DNA of 64,000 nt from Cellvibrionales bacterium (GTDB lineage Bacteria; Pseudomonadota; Gammaproteobacteria; Pseudomonadales; JAHEIH01), in NCBI GenBank assembly GCA_024639455.1, contig JAHEIH010000004.1, forward strand, positions 161,371 through 225,370. The letters are read 5' to 3'. The notes below the pieces were generated by a model, which was not told the DNA's origin, ran no database searches, and worked only from the letters and a program-made list of their open reading frames with translations. The translations under genes were made by a program, and so were the position numbers. Numbering within the stretch: position 1 is the stretch's first letter; the number at the start of each line of letters is the position of its first letter. Shown piece by piece: positions 39,121-49,257 of the stretch.

Positions 39121-40758
39121 ATGACGGGTTCTTCATCTCGCGCCAACGCTAACGAAGCGTCGTTGCTGAGAGTATTTACGATTCCCGAATCTGATGAATC
39201 GACGCTGTCTCGTATTGAGAAGCAGATGTCTGAGGACCTGAATGGGTTCTTGGAACAGCAGATCGTGGCCGTACAGAAGCCCCTGAGCGAAATCGAACAA
39301 GATTTTGCCGATAGTTGTATTCCTGAAGAGCCCATGTGGGTTAGCGATTACAGCGACAAGATTCTCGATACCTTAATCGCCCACTCGGTCCACACCTCGT
39401 CGCCGCGTTTTATAGGTCACATGACCTCGGCTCTGCCTTACTTCTTACTACCACTCTCAAAGATGATGGTTGGTCTCAATCAGAACTTGGTGAAGGTGGA
39501 GACCTCCAAGGCGTTTACTCCGATGGAACGCCAAGTGGTCGGCATGTTGCACAACTTGGTGTACCAGCGCGACGCCGCTTTTTACGACCAGTGGATGCAC
39601 AACGTAGACGGCACAGTAGGGGCGTTTTGTTCGGGCGGTACCGTGGCCAACATGACCGCGTTGTGGGCCGCACGCAATGCTCGCTTCAGCGCCGAAGGTG
39701 ACTTCGCTGGCATCGATCAAGAAGGTATATTTGCCGCCCTCAAGCACTACCAATACGACGGTATCGCAGTAGTCACCTCAACACGTGGCCACTATTCACT
39801 TAGCAAGGCTGCTGACTTGTTGGGCATTGGCCGCCGCTCGTTTGTGGCGGTCGATGTCGATGAAAACAACCGCATACGGGTAGATGAATTGGCACGCACA
39901 TGCCGCGAATTGGCAGATAACAATATTTGTATTCTGGCGATTATGGGGGTGGCGGGCACTACCGAAACCGGTAATGTCGACCCCTTGGACGAGATAGCCA
40001 CGATCGCCGAACAATATGGCGCACACTTCCATGTTGATGCGGCTTGGGGTGGAGCAACACTATTGTCGAGCCAGTATCGCGGTTTGATGCGCGGTATCGA
40101 GCGCGCGGATTCAGTGACCATTGACGCGCATAAACAGCTGTATGTGCCCATTGGTGCCGGTATGGTGTTGTTCAAGGATCCGCAAATCAGTACCGCTATT
40201 GAGCACCACGCCAAGTACATCCTGCGAGAGGGATCCAAGGATATCGGTGTCCACACCCTGGAGGGTAGCCGACCCGGTATGGCGATGTTGGTTCACTCCT
40301 GTTTGAGCATTATCGGTCGCCAAGGCTACGAGCTATTGATCGATAAGTCGCTAGCCAACGCGCGCTATTTTGCCGAGTTGATACGCCAGGATGAGGACTT
40401 TGAATTGATCAGTGAGCCGGAGCTTTGCTTGTTGACTTATCGTTATGTACCTTCGCATATAAAGCGCTTTTTAGAGGGCGCTAGCGAGGAAGTAAGGGCT
40501 CACATCAATGGCCTGCTGAACGTCTTGACGCGGATGATTCAGAAGACCCAACGTGAGCAAGGTAAGTCGTTTGTATCGCGCACCATGCTCACGCCAGCGG
40601 CCTACAATGGTGCCGATATCGTCGTCTTCCGCGTGGTATTAGCTAATCCGCTGACTACCCCGGAAATTCTGCGCGATGTGTTGATTGAGCAGAAGGCCAT
40701 TGCCCGTCAACAATTGGAAAGTTTGGCACCCATTGAAGCGTTGGTGAATGGTGGCTAA
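39121..40758 (+). CDS. group II PLP-dependent decarboxylase, PanP-like (putative aspartate 1-decarboxylase)
   Basis: PLP-lysine motif TIDAHKQLYVP. The N-terminal segment HSVHTSSPRFIGHMTSALPYFLLPLSKMMVGLNQNLVKVETSKAFTPMERQV resembles what I recall of the roughly 545-aa vibrio-type PanP family. Confidence 0.6.
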   Translation: MTGSSSRANANEASLLRVFTIPESDESTLSRIEKQMSEDLNGFLEQQIVAVQKPLSEIEQDFADSCIPEEPMWVSDYSDKILDTLIAHSVHTSSPRFIGHMTSALPYFLLPLSKMMVGLNQNLVKVETSKAFTPMERQVVGMLHNLVYQRDAAFYDQWMHNVDGTVGAFCSGGTVANMTALWAARNARFSAEGDFAGIDQEGIFAALKHYQYDGIAVVTSTRGHYSLSKAADLLGIGRRSFVAVDVDENNRIRVDELARTCRELADNNICILAIMGVAGTTETGNVDPLDEIATIAEQYGAHFHVDAAWGGATLLSSQYRGLMRGIERADSVTIDAHKQLYVPIGAGMVLFKDPQISTAIEHHAKYILREGSKDIGVHTLEGSRPGMAMLVHSCLSIIGRQGYELLIDKSLANARYFAELIRQDEDFELISEPELCLLTYRYVPSHIKRFLEGASEEVRAHINGLLNVLTRMIQKTQREQGKSFVSRTMLTPAAYNGADIVVFRVVLANPLTTPEILRDVLIEQKAIARQQLESLAPIEALVNGG

Positions 40759-40770
40759 GCCACCCTTCAC

Positions 40771-41709
40771 TTAGTCAGTAAACGTTAACACGATGCGGCC
40801 ACGCATGCCGCCTAGTTCAGTGAGGCGGTGGCCTTCTTCAGCGTCGCGGAAGTTCAAGGATTGCGCCACGCGCGGTACCAAACCGCCGCTGCTAATCAAG
40901 TCAGCGATGCGTTGCATCGTAGCGGTGTCCAACATGCCTTTCATCACAGAGACATTCAACACGCGCAGGCGTTCGTCTTCGATTTTGTAATTGCCGCGTA
41001 GCGACACGATACCGCCGCCATCTTTTACTAGGTGAGAGATTTGTTGCCCGATCAGCGCGCCGTCGATGACGCCGTCGACGCCCTCGGGGTAGGCATTGCG
41101 CAGCGCTTCTTCTAATCCAGCATCACGTGGCAATATAACGTCGGCACCGAGGCCTTCTACTAATGTGCGATCCTTGTCAGCGACGTTAGCGAGCACGGTC
41201 AATCCGGCAGCTTTTGCCAATTGGATGGCAGAGCCTCCTAGCATACCCGCGCCGCCGGTCACCATAAGAGTTTGGCCTGGCTGTAATGCCAAAAAGTCGA
41301 GCGACAGTGCGGCAGTCAAGGCATTCATGGGCACAGTAGCAGCACCGGCGAGATCGGTATCGGTCGACACGGTAGCAACCGAGGCCGCCGGGACTTTAAT
41401 GATTTGTGCGTACGAACCACCACTGGGAGTGCGCGGGTTGATCACACCGATGACGGGTTGTCCAATCTGTAACGACGAAGTGCCGGGGTCGAGAATGGTG
41501 CCCGAAAACTCCATGCCGGCGATGTAGGGGGGTGTCAGGTCGGTCATCAACGGGGCTTGGGTGCCGTTGCGCATCATCACGTCGGTGGGGTTGACGGTGG
41601 AGGCGGTCACTTTTACCAATACCTCGTCTGGGCCTGCCACGGGGGTGGGCATATCGGTAATGGTGAGAACCTCGGGGCCGCCGAATTCGTTGAAGGTCAC
41701 TGCTTGCAT
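40771..41709 (-). CDS. MDR-superfamily NAD(P)H quinone oxidoreductase / enoyl reductase-like
   Basis: MQAVTFNEFGGPEVL..., the NPTD motif and GQTLMVTGGAGMLGGSAIQLAK. The start at 41709 avoids overlap with the upstream gene. Confidence 0.8.
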   Translation of the reverse strand: MQAVTFNEFGGPEVLTITDMPTPVAGPDEVLVKVTASTVNPTDVMMRNGTQAPLMTDLTPPYIAGMEFSGTILDPGTSSLQIGQPVIGVINPRTPSGGSYAQIIKVPAASVATVSTDTDLAGAATVPMNALTAALSLDFLALQPGQTLMVTGGAGMLGGSAIQLAKAAGLTVLANVADKDRTLVEGLGADVILPRDAGLEEALRNAYPEGVDGVIDGALIGQQISHLVKDGGGIVSLRGNYKIEDERLRVLNVSVMKGMLDTATMQRIADLISSGGLVPRVAQSLNFRDAEEGHRLTELGGMRGRIVLTFTD

Positions 41710-41722
41710 GTTGGGTATCCTT

Positions 41723-42337
41723 TTAAGGGTTGTTACTGCCAAAAAACGCGAGGTATTTTTCGCGCCGGGCGCTGTCGACCAGGAGCGGTCTGTCGTAGGA
41801 AGGGTCGTTGCGATCGCGCGATGGGCCACGCCCCTCGTTCATAAATTGTTTTTCAGCTGCGCTCAGCAGGTGGGCGGTAGACGTCATGCTGCTGAGATCG
41901 TCAATGTTGGGGATGTGGTCTAGGTTAGACCAGTCACGCAGGGTGACTCGCGCAGCAATGCGCCACTCGCCGTCGCGTTTTTCGAGTCGGTCGATGTAGC
42001 GACCGCCGCCAATGGTCAATGGTTTGCCGCGTCGGTTCATGGCGGTAAACATGAAGTAGGTTTCACAGTGGGCGGTGTCACCCTCTAGTTCACAGCTGTG
42101 GTTAAGCAGGCAGTGCTGATGAGATTGCTGCGCATGACTGTGCATGTCTAGTGCCCAGTCGACAAACTCCTTGGCATTGCCGACAAACTTGCCGTGTTCA
42201 TCGATACAGTCTGGGTGGAAGGCTGACAAAATCAGTTCACGGTCGAATCGATCGACACCGCGAGCATAGCGGTGCAAGCACTGACGTATCTTTTCGCGAT
42301 CCCACAATTCCTGGATCATTTCTTCACTACTAGGCAT
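41723..42337 (-). CDS. NTF2-like (SnoaL_4-type) protein, paralogue A
   Basis: Shares RYARGVDR.D..L....FH.D..D.H, ETYF and GRYIDRLEKRDGEWRI with two other ORFs in this window. Confidence 0.75.
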   Translation of the reverse strand: MPSSEEMIQELWDREKIRQCLHRYARGVDRFDRELILSAFHPDCIDEHGKFVGNAKEFVDWALDMHSHAQQSHQHCLLNHSCELEGDTAHCETYFMFTAMNRRGKPLTIGGGRYIDRLEKRDGEWRIAARVTLRDWSNLDHIPNIDDLSSMTSTAHLLSAAEKQFMNEGRGPSRDRNDPSYDRPLLVDSARREKYLAFFGSNNP

Positions 42338-42348
42338 GGCGCTGTACT

Positions 42349-43527
42349 CTAAATTATCGCGCTGCTTTTCAGCGCTTCGATCTCATCTGGGCTAAAGCCG
42401 TAATCAGCGAGGATTTCCTCGCTGTGCTCGCCTAATAATGGCGGGCGCGACAACGCTACCGAACCCTGTGATAGTCGCGCTGGCGGCGGCACGATGGGGA
42501 CAGGGTAGGAGTCAGGGAAGGGAACGTCAGACATAAATGTGTCGCGCAGGCCGAGTGAGTTACCCATGACTTCTTGGGGTGACAGCACAGGGCCACAACC
42601 GATGTTGGCATCACTCAGAATCTGGATACACTCATCGCGATGTTTGTCGGCACACCAGGCTTGCATGATGGCACTGAGCTCTTCGCCGTGCTCGCCGCGC
42701 GTGTCGTCGCTGGCGAAGCGAGGGTCTTCTAATAAATCGGGGCGACCGATGAGCTTGCACCAACGCACAAAGACTTTCTGTCCGATCACTTGCATGATGA
42801 ACCAGCCATCGCGCGCGCGGAAGATATCCGACGGGCTCGACATCGGGCTACGGTTGCCGGTGGGCTCACGGTGACGGAAGCCAGTGGCTTCCTCCATCAG
42901 AATTTGGTTGGTGATGTTGAGGGAGGTGCCCACCAATGACGCCTGCACATGGCTGCCTTCACCGTTGCGCATTTTGCCAATGATGGCGGCCAGGGTGCCG
43001 TAGGCGAGTGATAATGAAGTGGAAAAGTCGATCGGTGCGGTGGCAGCACGGGTCGGTTTGCCCGGTTCACCGGTGAGATAAATCGCCCCGCTGACCGCCT
43101 GGCCAACGCCGTCGAAGCCAATCTTTTCCGACATAGGACCCTCGGTCCCATAGGCGGTTGCGGTGGTCAAGATAATATCGGGTTTGATGGCCTTTAATGT
43201 GTCGTAATCCAAACCAAAGTGTTTAAGTGCGCTGGGGGAATAGTTGGCGATCACGACATCGGCTTGGGCGATCATACGGCGCATCACCTCACGGCCCTCT
43301 GCTGAGGTCATGGCCAGTGATAGGCAACGCTTGCCACCGTTGCACTGCAGGTACTGGGCACCTTCGCCGTGTGCCGTTACCGGCATCAAAAAACGATCGT
43401 CTTCGCCCTTAGGGCGTTCCACTCGAATCACGTCAGCGCCAAAACTGGCCAGAATATGCGCGCAGTAGGGACCAGCTATCCAGCGTCCGAAATCAAGTAC
43501 CTTGATACCTTCTAAAATGCCGTTCAT
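42349..43527 (-). CDS. family III (CaiB/BaiF) CoA-transferase, paralogue A
   Basis: N-terminus LEGIKVLDFGRWIAGPYCAHILASFGADVIRVE. Start at the ATG at 43527 (a GTG at 43533 is also open). Confidence 0.85.
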   Translation of the reverse strand: MNGILEGIKVLDFGRWIAGPYCAHILASFGADVIRVERPKGEDDRFLMPVTAHGEGAQYLQCNGGKRCLSLAMTSAEGREVMRRMIAQADVVIANYSPSALKHFGLDYDTLKAIKPDIILTTATAYGTEGPMSEKIGFDGVGQAVSGAIYLTGEPGKPTRAATAPIDFSTSLSLAYGTLAAIIGKMRNGEGSHVQASLVGTSLNITNQILMEEATGFRHREPTGNRSPMSSPSDIFRARDGWFIMQVIGQKVFVRWCKLIGRPDLLEDPRFASDDTRGEHGEELSAIMQAWCADKHRDECIQILSDANIGCGPVLSPQEVMGNSLGLRDTFMSDVPFPDSYPVPIVPPPARLSQGSVALSRPPLLGEHSEEILADYGFSPDEIEALKSSAII

Positions 43528-43536
43528 GGTCACGCC

Positions 43537-44916
43537 TTAGTTACTGGGTATTAACAGACGGGTGATGTCCCTTACCGCGCTATCGGGCTGCATTTTATCG
43601 ACTAAACCAAATAGACGCTCGGACTGCTCGCGGCCGATGACGCCCTCGGTTAGTTCAAACAGCTTCAGCTCGTGTTCGCCCTCTTTGTAGGGTTTCAATG
43701 GTGAGCCCTTGGCACGTTCTTCAAAGCAATGCGCGTGGCTGCCATCTTTGAAGTGCAGTGTTACATCGGCGACAAAGTAGGGGTATTTGTCCAGTTCAGG
43801 ATCGACAGTCAGCTTCATGCGTTTAGTCATAGCCAAGGCTTCGCTGCCTTCCGACAGGTCGAGAATGCCGTCCATGAAGTCTTTGTGCGATCGATAGCCG
43901 TTGCCAAGCCCCATCACGGCGAGCGCCATTTGCGCAGGCAGAGAGTACTGCAGTTCTTCAATGTTACGCGGCTGATAGATCTGGGTGTTGCGAGTGCCGA
44001 CGATGCTGTCAGCCATGGTTTGCAGCTTCACGTCGACCCACTCGATGTCGTCGGCTCTGTCACGGTATTTTTCCATCGCTTCGATGAAAGGGAAGGTGCC
44101 GGCGCAGCAGCAGTAAGGCTTGAATGACAAGCCGGGCATGAAGTTAGGTGCGCTGGGCGCAAAAGCAGCGAGTGCTTCTTCATCGACGGTTTTACCGGCG
44201 AACTGCTTGTAAAGGCCGCGGTCGCCCGTCAACCACTTGCGGGGGCCGGTGATACCGGCCTTGGCCAATTGAGCCGCTTCGATACCGTTGCGGACACAAA
44301 TACCGGCATGGATGCGTTTAATTGAGCCGCCGGTCGAGGCGTACTCAGTAGGGCCGCTAAGGTGACTTAAGGCAATCGCCAGGGCATTGAACGTTTGCTC
44401 TTCATCCAATTTAAGTAATTTGGCGGCAATCGCGGCGCTGCCAAAGTTGCCAAACAGCGCGTGTGGTTGCCAACCGCGGTTTAACACTTCGGGTGAGGCG
44501 AAACGACCGATACGCACGTAGGTTTCATAGCCAACGACAAGGGCTACCATGGTTTCCTCAAGAGTCGCACCCGTCTCTTCACCTAACGCGAAGGCGGCGG
44601 GAACCACGGCACAGCCGGGGTGGGCATTGTCGAAAAAATCATCGTATTCAAAACCATGGCCATAGCTAGCGTTTAGATAGGCCGCTTCCACTGCGGTGGC
44701 TTTGGTGTGCTCGCCTACAATGGTGGCGACGCCGGGGTGGGGGTTTCTAAATTCACGCGTTTTGACCGACCAAGGGAGTGATTGTGCCCCTATCATGATG
44801 GCAAACTGGTCTTTAATCAGCGACTTGAGTGAGGCGCGAGTGGCGTTGTCGATATCAGACGACTGGTAGTCAACGACAAAGCGTGCGACGGCGCGTTCGA
44901 GGCTGTTATTTTCCAT
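43537..44916 (-). CDS. MmgE/PrpD-family protein (2-methylcitrate dehydratase / cis-aconitate decarboxylase superfamily)
   Basis: 459 aa. Family-typical N-terminal regions ...FVVDYQSSDIDNATRASLKSLIKDQFAIMIGA... and ...ASYGHGFEYDD.... Confidence 0.75.
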   Translation of the reverse strand: MENNSLERAVARFVVDYQSSDIDNATRASLKSLIKDQFAIMIGAQSLPWSVKTREFRNPHPGVATIVGEHTKATAVEAAYLNASYGHGFEYDDFFDNAHPGCAVVPAAFALGEETGATLEETMVALVVGYETYVRIGRFASPEVLNRGWQPHALFGNFGSAAIAAKLLKLDEEQTFNALAIALSHLSGPTEYASTGGSIKRIHAGICVRNGIEAAQLAKAGITGPRKWLTGDRGLYKQFAGKTVDEEALAAFAPSAPNFMPGLSFKPYCCCAGTFPFIEAMEKYRDRADDIEWVDVKLQTMADSIVGTRNTQIYQPRNIEELQYSLPAQMALAVMGLGNGYRSHKDFMDGILDLSEGSEALAMTKRMKLTVDPELDKYPYFVADVTLHFKDGSHAHCFEERAKGSPLKPYKEGEHELKLFELTEGVIGREQSERLFGLVDKMQPDSAVRDITRLLIPSN

Positions 44917-45032
44917 AGTAAGGTTGTCTCGTTTTTATTAAAAATTATTAGTTAATCTCACTATATTAGAATATGTTATGCAAGTCAGAATAGTAATATT
45001 GCTGCGAAAAAGTCGCATAAGAGGGAGAGCGC

Positions 45033-45833
45033 ATGGCGAAATTGGCGGGTAAAACAGCCCTGGTGATCGGCGCCGGATCGGCAGATGAAGGCTGGGGCAA
45101 CGGCAAGGCATGCGCGGTGCAGTTCGCACGCGAGGGTGCGCGCGTGGTCTGTGTCGATCTCGATTTGGCGCTGGCGGAAGACACGGCGCAAATGATCCGC
45201 AGCGAAGGCGGCGAGGCAATCGCTTTAGCGGGCAATGCCGCCCAAGCGGAAGATATGCACGCTGTCATCGAACAGACTGTCGCCCACTTCGGTGGCATCG
45301 ATACCTTGTTGAATAATGTCGGTATCGTGGTGGCGGGCGGCGTGGTGGACCTGCCAGAGGAGCAGTGGGATCGCGTCTTCGACATTAACCTCAAAAGTGC
45401 TTTTTTGACGATGAAGTACGCGATTCCCCATATGATCGCGGGAGGTGGTGGCTCGATTATTAATATTTCCTCTATCTCTGGTATTCGCTACCTCGGCAAG
45501 AACTATGTCGCCTACTACAGTTCTAAGGCGGCGATGAATCACATGACCACAGTCACCGCGGCGGAATACGCTAGCCAACAGGTTCGAGTCAATGCCATTT
45601 TGCCTGGTTTGATGGATACGCCGATGGCGCGTACTTCAGCAAAAAACAATTGGGGGGCTTCCCAAGAGCAGCTTGATGACGTCTGGAAAAAACGCGTCGA
45701 GCGCGTCCCCATGGGTTGGTTGGGGGATGCCTTTGATATCGCCAAAGCGGCGGTGTTTTTTGCCAGCGACGATTCACGCTTCGTTACTGGCCAGCACTTG
45801 GTGGTTGACGGTGGCACCACACTTGGTGTGTAG
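45033..45833 (+). CDS. short-chain dehydrogenase/reductase (SDR)
   Basis: Glycine-rich N-terminus, NNVG, and catalytic YYSSKAA (YxxxK). Confidence 0.85.
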   Translation: MAKLAGKTALVIGAGSADEGWGNGKACAVQFAREGARVVCVDLDLALAEDTAQMIRSEGGEAIALAGNAAQAEDMHAVIEQTVAHFGGIDTLLNNVGIVVAGGVVDLPEEQWDRVFDINLKSAFLTMKYAIPHMIAGGGGSIINISSISGIRYLGKNYVAYYSSKAAMNHMTTVTAAEYASQQVRVNAILPGLMDTPMARTSAKNNWGASQEQLDDVWKKRVERVPMGWLGDAFDIAKAAVFFASDDSRFVTGQHLVVDGGTTLGV

Positions 45834-45846
45834 CGCCACGTTCACT

Positions 45847-46629
45847 TTACAAGGTGGTCGCTAGGCCGCCATCGACAGGTATCACCGCTGCCGTGACATA
45901 GGATGATGCCCTCGACGCCAAGTACAGCGCGGCTCCTGCCATATCCGATGGCCCTGTCAAACGTCTCAGAGGAATATGCTCCAGTAGGGCGTCCATCCCT
46001 TTACTTTCTATCGTGCCGGCCATCATTTTGCTAGGGAATTGCCCCGGGGCGATGACGTTGGCGGTGATGTGCGAGCTGGCTAATGACTTCGCCAGGTGGC
46101 GGGTCAGGTGATGAACTGCCGCCTTTGAAGCTGGATAGGCGTAGGTCTCATGGCTGGGCGTGTGGAAGGCGTCGATCGAGCCGACGTTGATGATGCGGGC
46201 TGGATTCTCATGGCTGGCGGCATTCTGTAGCATCGGTAGAAGCGCTTGAATGAAGAAAAAGACACCTTTCACGTTAAGGTCGAACACCTTGTCCCACCCG
46301 TCTTCGGGGTACTCTGCTAGTGGTGCTGCCCACAGCGCCCCGGCATTGTTGATGAGCACGTCCAATTTGTCTTCACGCGCGCTGAAGGCTTCCAAGAACG
46401 CCTGGCGACCCTCGCTGCTCGATAGGTTACAGGCCATCGCTTCGCAAAATCCGAACGCCTGCAGTTCCTTGGCGGAGTCTTCGCAGGTGGCGAGACTGCG
46501 CGAGCAGATGTAGACCCGTGCCCCGGCTTTAACAAACGCTTCGGCGATCGCTTTGCCGATGCCGCGGCCGCCACCAGTGATGAGCACGGTCTTGCCGGCG
46601 ACGCCAAATAGCTCCTCGATAATTGACAT
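45847..46629 (-). CDS. short-chain dehydrogenase/reductase (SDR)
   Basis: TGGGRGIGKA, NNAG, YPASKAA. Confidence 0.85.
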   Translation of the reverse strand: MSIIEELFGVAGKTVLITGGGRGIGKAIAEAFVKAGARVYICSRSLATCEDSAKELQAFGFCEAMACNLSSSEGRQAFLEAFSAREDKLDVLINNAGALWAAPLAEYPEDGWDKVFDLNVKGVFFFIQALLPMLQNAASHENPARIINVGSIDAFHTPSHETYAYPASKAAVHHLTRHLAKSLASSHITANVIAPGQFPSKMMAGTIESKGMDALLEHIPLRRLTGPSDMAGAALYLASRASSYVTAAVIPVDGGLATTL

Positions 46630-46823
46630 GTCTTGCCTTCCTTATTTGTTATTTGGGTGTTTTGTCTTGTTCCTTATCCCGCAGGAAAATGAGACTAGGG
46701 AAAATTCAATAATGATGATATTTTCACTATGTGGGATTTATTAAATGACGAATAACAACAAAGCTCAAGGCCTTTCTTCTAATAATGAGGCCACTGCAAG
46801 CAATCTCTGAAGTGACGAGGGAC

Positions 46824-47384
46824 ATGATGCAAAACCAAGAATCACGACTGCGTGAAATGCTCGACAAGGATGAAATTCTGCAGGTGATGTTGCGCTATGC
46901 ACGCGGCGTGGACCGCGGCGATATGGCGCTTATTCGCGACTGCTACCACCCCGACGCGTTCGACGATCACGTTGAATACAAGGGAGGTGTCGACGGTCTA
47001 ATCGCTTGGTTAAGCGAGCGCTTTTCAAGTGTCGACAACTCCACCCACTTTATCGGTAACTGCTTGGTCGAATTCGCCGGCACCGATACCGCTTTGGTGG
47101 AAACCTATTACAACAGTCGCCGCATCCGCGCCTCTAATGAAGCAGACTGGCGACGCGACGGTACCCAGCCTCACGAGAAGGTGTGTCGTCAGTCGTGGGG
47201 GCGTTATATCGATCGCTTTGAGTGCCGCGAGGGACGGTGGCGGGTCGCCCACCGCGTGGTGGTATTGGAGTCGCGCTTCACCATGACGGTGCGCGATAGC
47301 GAACGTGATGCCGCGTCTACCTGGGGCACGAGAGACCCAATGGATCCGCTTTACGTAGAAAGAAATAAATTAAAAATCCCATAA
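46824..47384 (+). CDS. NTF2-like (SnoaL_4-type) protein, paralogue B
   Basis: LRYARGVDRGD...YHPDAFDDH, ETYY and GRYIDRFECREGRWRV. The ATG at 46824 follows GAGGG. Confidence 0.75.
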   Translation: MMQNQESRLREMLDKDEILQVMLRYARGVDRGDMALIRDCYHPDAFDDHVEYKGGVDGLIAWLSERFSSVDNSTHFIGNCLVEFAGTDTALVETYYNSRRIRASNEADWRRDGTQPHEKVCRQSWGRYIDRFECREGRWRVAHRVVVLESRFTMTVRDSERDAASTWGTRDPMDPLYVERNKLKIP

Positions 47385-47494
47385 TGTGACAATATTTATT
47401 GAAATTATCGCCTCATGCTTTATTGTTGGAGGCTATAAAAACAACATCGCTTTCATCCTGCCGAGCGCGGTCGAGGTGAAATAGGAGAATAATA

Positions 47495-48283
47495 ATGTTA
47501 AAGCAGTACGCGCATTTTCCCATGCGCTTCGAGCGCCACCAAGATGGCGTGCTAGAAATGATTTTTGACGGCCCCAACCTAAATGCCGTCGACGAACACG
47601 TGCACCGTGAGCTGGCTAACGTGTGGCATGTTATCGAAAATGATCCCGAGACCCGCGTGGTGTTAGTACGTGGTGAAGGGCGTGCCTTTTCTGCTGGTGG
47701 CAGCTTTGAATTAATCGAAGACCAGATCCGCGATCACCGCGTGTTGATGCGCGTATTGAAAGAAACGCGCGCGCTGGTTTACAACATGATCAACTTCCCC
47801 AAACCCGTCATTTCCGCCATTCACGGCCCCGCGGTAGGCGCCGGTTTAATAGTGGCAATGCTGTCGGATATCCAGATCGCTGCTAAAAACGCGGTGATTC
47901 TCGATGGCCACACGCGCTTAGGTGTGTGTGCTGGCGACCACGCGGCGATGGTGTGGCCACTGTTGTGCGGTATGTCTAAAGCGAAGTACTACTTGATGAC
48001 CTGCGACAAGTTGAGCGGCGAAGAAGCCGAGCGCATTGGGCTAGTATCTCGCTGCACGGAAGACGACGAGTTACTTTCCACTGCGCGCGATGTGGCTGGT
48101 CGACTGAGCAACGGTGCGCAAGAGGCGCTGCATTACACCAAGCACTCGATGAACAACTGGTATCGCCAAAACATCGGTATCTTTGAGGCATCGCTGGGCT
48201 ACGAATTCCTCAACTTTGGCGGTGACGAAGTAAAAGAGGGGTTGGCGTCGCACCAGGAGCGCCGTCCGCCTAAGTTCGTTTAA
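47495..48283 (+). CDS. enoyl-CoA hydratase/isomerase (crotonase) family
   Basis: Crotonase oxyanion segment [26 protein letters not shown]. Confidence 0.85.
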   Translation: MLKQYAHFPMRFERHQDGVLEMIFDGPNLNAVDEHVHRELANVWHVIENDPETRVVLVRGEGRAFSAGGSFELIEDQIRDHRVLMRVLKETRALVYNMINFPKPVISAIHGPAVGAGLIVAMLSDIQIAAKNAVILDGHTRLGVCAGDHAAMVWPLLCGMSKAKYYLMTCDKLSGEEAERIGLVSRCTEDDELLSTARDVAGRLSNGAQEALHYTKHSMNNWYRQNIGIFEASLGYEFLNFGGDEVKEGLASHQERRPPKFV

Positions 48284-48343
48284 AACATCTACATTGTGGC
48301 GGGCGGCACTTGGGTCCGGTTCGCCATCGACAGGAAAATAACA

Positions 48344-49237
48344 ATGCAATTAATGCGGTCGATTTTATTTGTTCCGGGTCACCGTCGCGGCTGGCCAGAA
48401 AAAGCCGTTGCCAAAGGCGCCGACGGTGTCTTTCTCGATTTGGAAGACTCGGTACCCAACGACATGAAAGTGGCAGCGCGCGATATCGTCGCCGAATCCA
48501 TCGCCACACTCGCTAACAGTGCGCGCAAGGTGGGAATATACGTGCGTCTTAACGCGCTCGAAACCGGCATGACCGGTGATGACATTGAAAAGGTGTTAGT
48601 GCCAGGGCTAAACGGCTTCTTGCTCCCCAAAATTTATAGCCCTCGGGACGTCATTAGCCTTGATGCGCTGGTGACTCACTACGAGCGTCGCAACGGTGTG
48701 GCAGCCGGGACGATTGAGTTCATTATTCCTCTCGAAACGGCGCAAGCCTTCGGATGTTGCGAAGATCTGATCGCTGCTTCACCCCGCGTAGCCACCTTGT
48801 TCGCTGGCACCGCGAAAGACGCGGACGTATCGCGCTCGGTGGGCTTTCAGTTCACCCCGCAAGGTTTGGAAACCCTCTATATGCGCAGCCGCGCCCTGTT
48901 GGCGGTGCGCGCCGCGGGTCTGCAATTCCCGCTAGTAGGCCTGTGGCAAGACCTCAAAGATGAAGCCGGTGCTATCGCCTTTTACCAGCAAAACCGCGAA
49001 CTGGGCTTCCGCGGTCAGGTCATGATTCACCCCGCGCACATCGAATTGGTCAACAAAATCTATTCGCCCTCGGCGGAGGATGTGGCGTTTTACTCAGGTA
49101 TGATCGACGCTTTTGAGGAAGCGGAAGCGCGCGGCATTGCTGCGGTGGAATACGAGGGGCAGCACATCGATTATGCCCACGTGAAAACCGCCCGCGAAGT
49201 GATAGAACTGCACCGTCAATTGACGGCCTCGCACTAA
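48344..49237 (+). CDS. HpcH/CitE-like acyl-CoA lyase (citramalyl/malyl-CoA lyase type), paralogue A
   Basis: RSILFVPGHRRGWPEKAVAKGADGVFLDLEDSV is the CitE N-terminal signature. The ATG at 48344 follows AGGA. Confidence 0.8.
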   Translation: MQLMRSILFVPGHRRGWPEKAVAKGADGVFLDLEDSVPNDMKVAARDIVAESIATLANSARKVGIYVRLNALETGMTGDDIEKVLVPGLNGFLLPKIYSPRDVISLDALVTHYERRNGVAAGTIEFIIPLETAQAFGCCEDLIAASPRVATLFAGTAKDADVSRSVGFQFTPQGLETLYMRSRALLAVRAAGLQFPLVGLWQDLKDEAGAIAFYQQNRELGFRGQVMIHPAHIELVNKIYSPSAEDVAFYSGMIDAFEEAEARGIAAVEYEGQHIDYAHVKTAREVIELHRQLTASH

Positions 49238-49257
49238 CGAATCCATAGGAGAAAAGC

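Noticed and set aside
41710-41829. 40-codon N-terminal extension of the quinone-oxidoreductase ORF
   Set aside because: It overlaps the 3' end of the NTF2 gene. The MDR fold begins at MQAVTFNEFGGPEVL (ATG at 41709), which has an upstream AAGGA.
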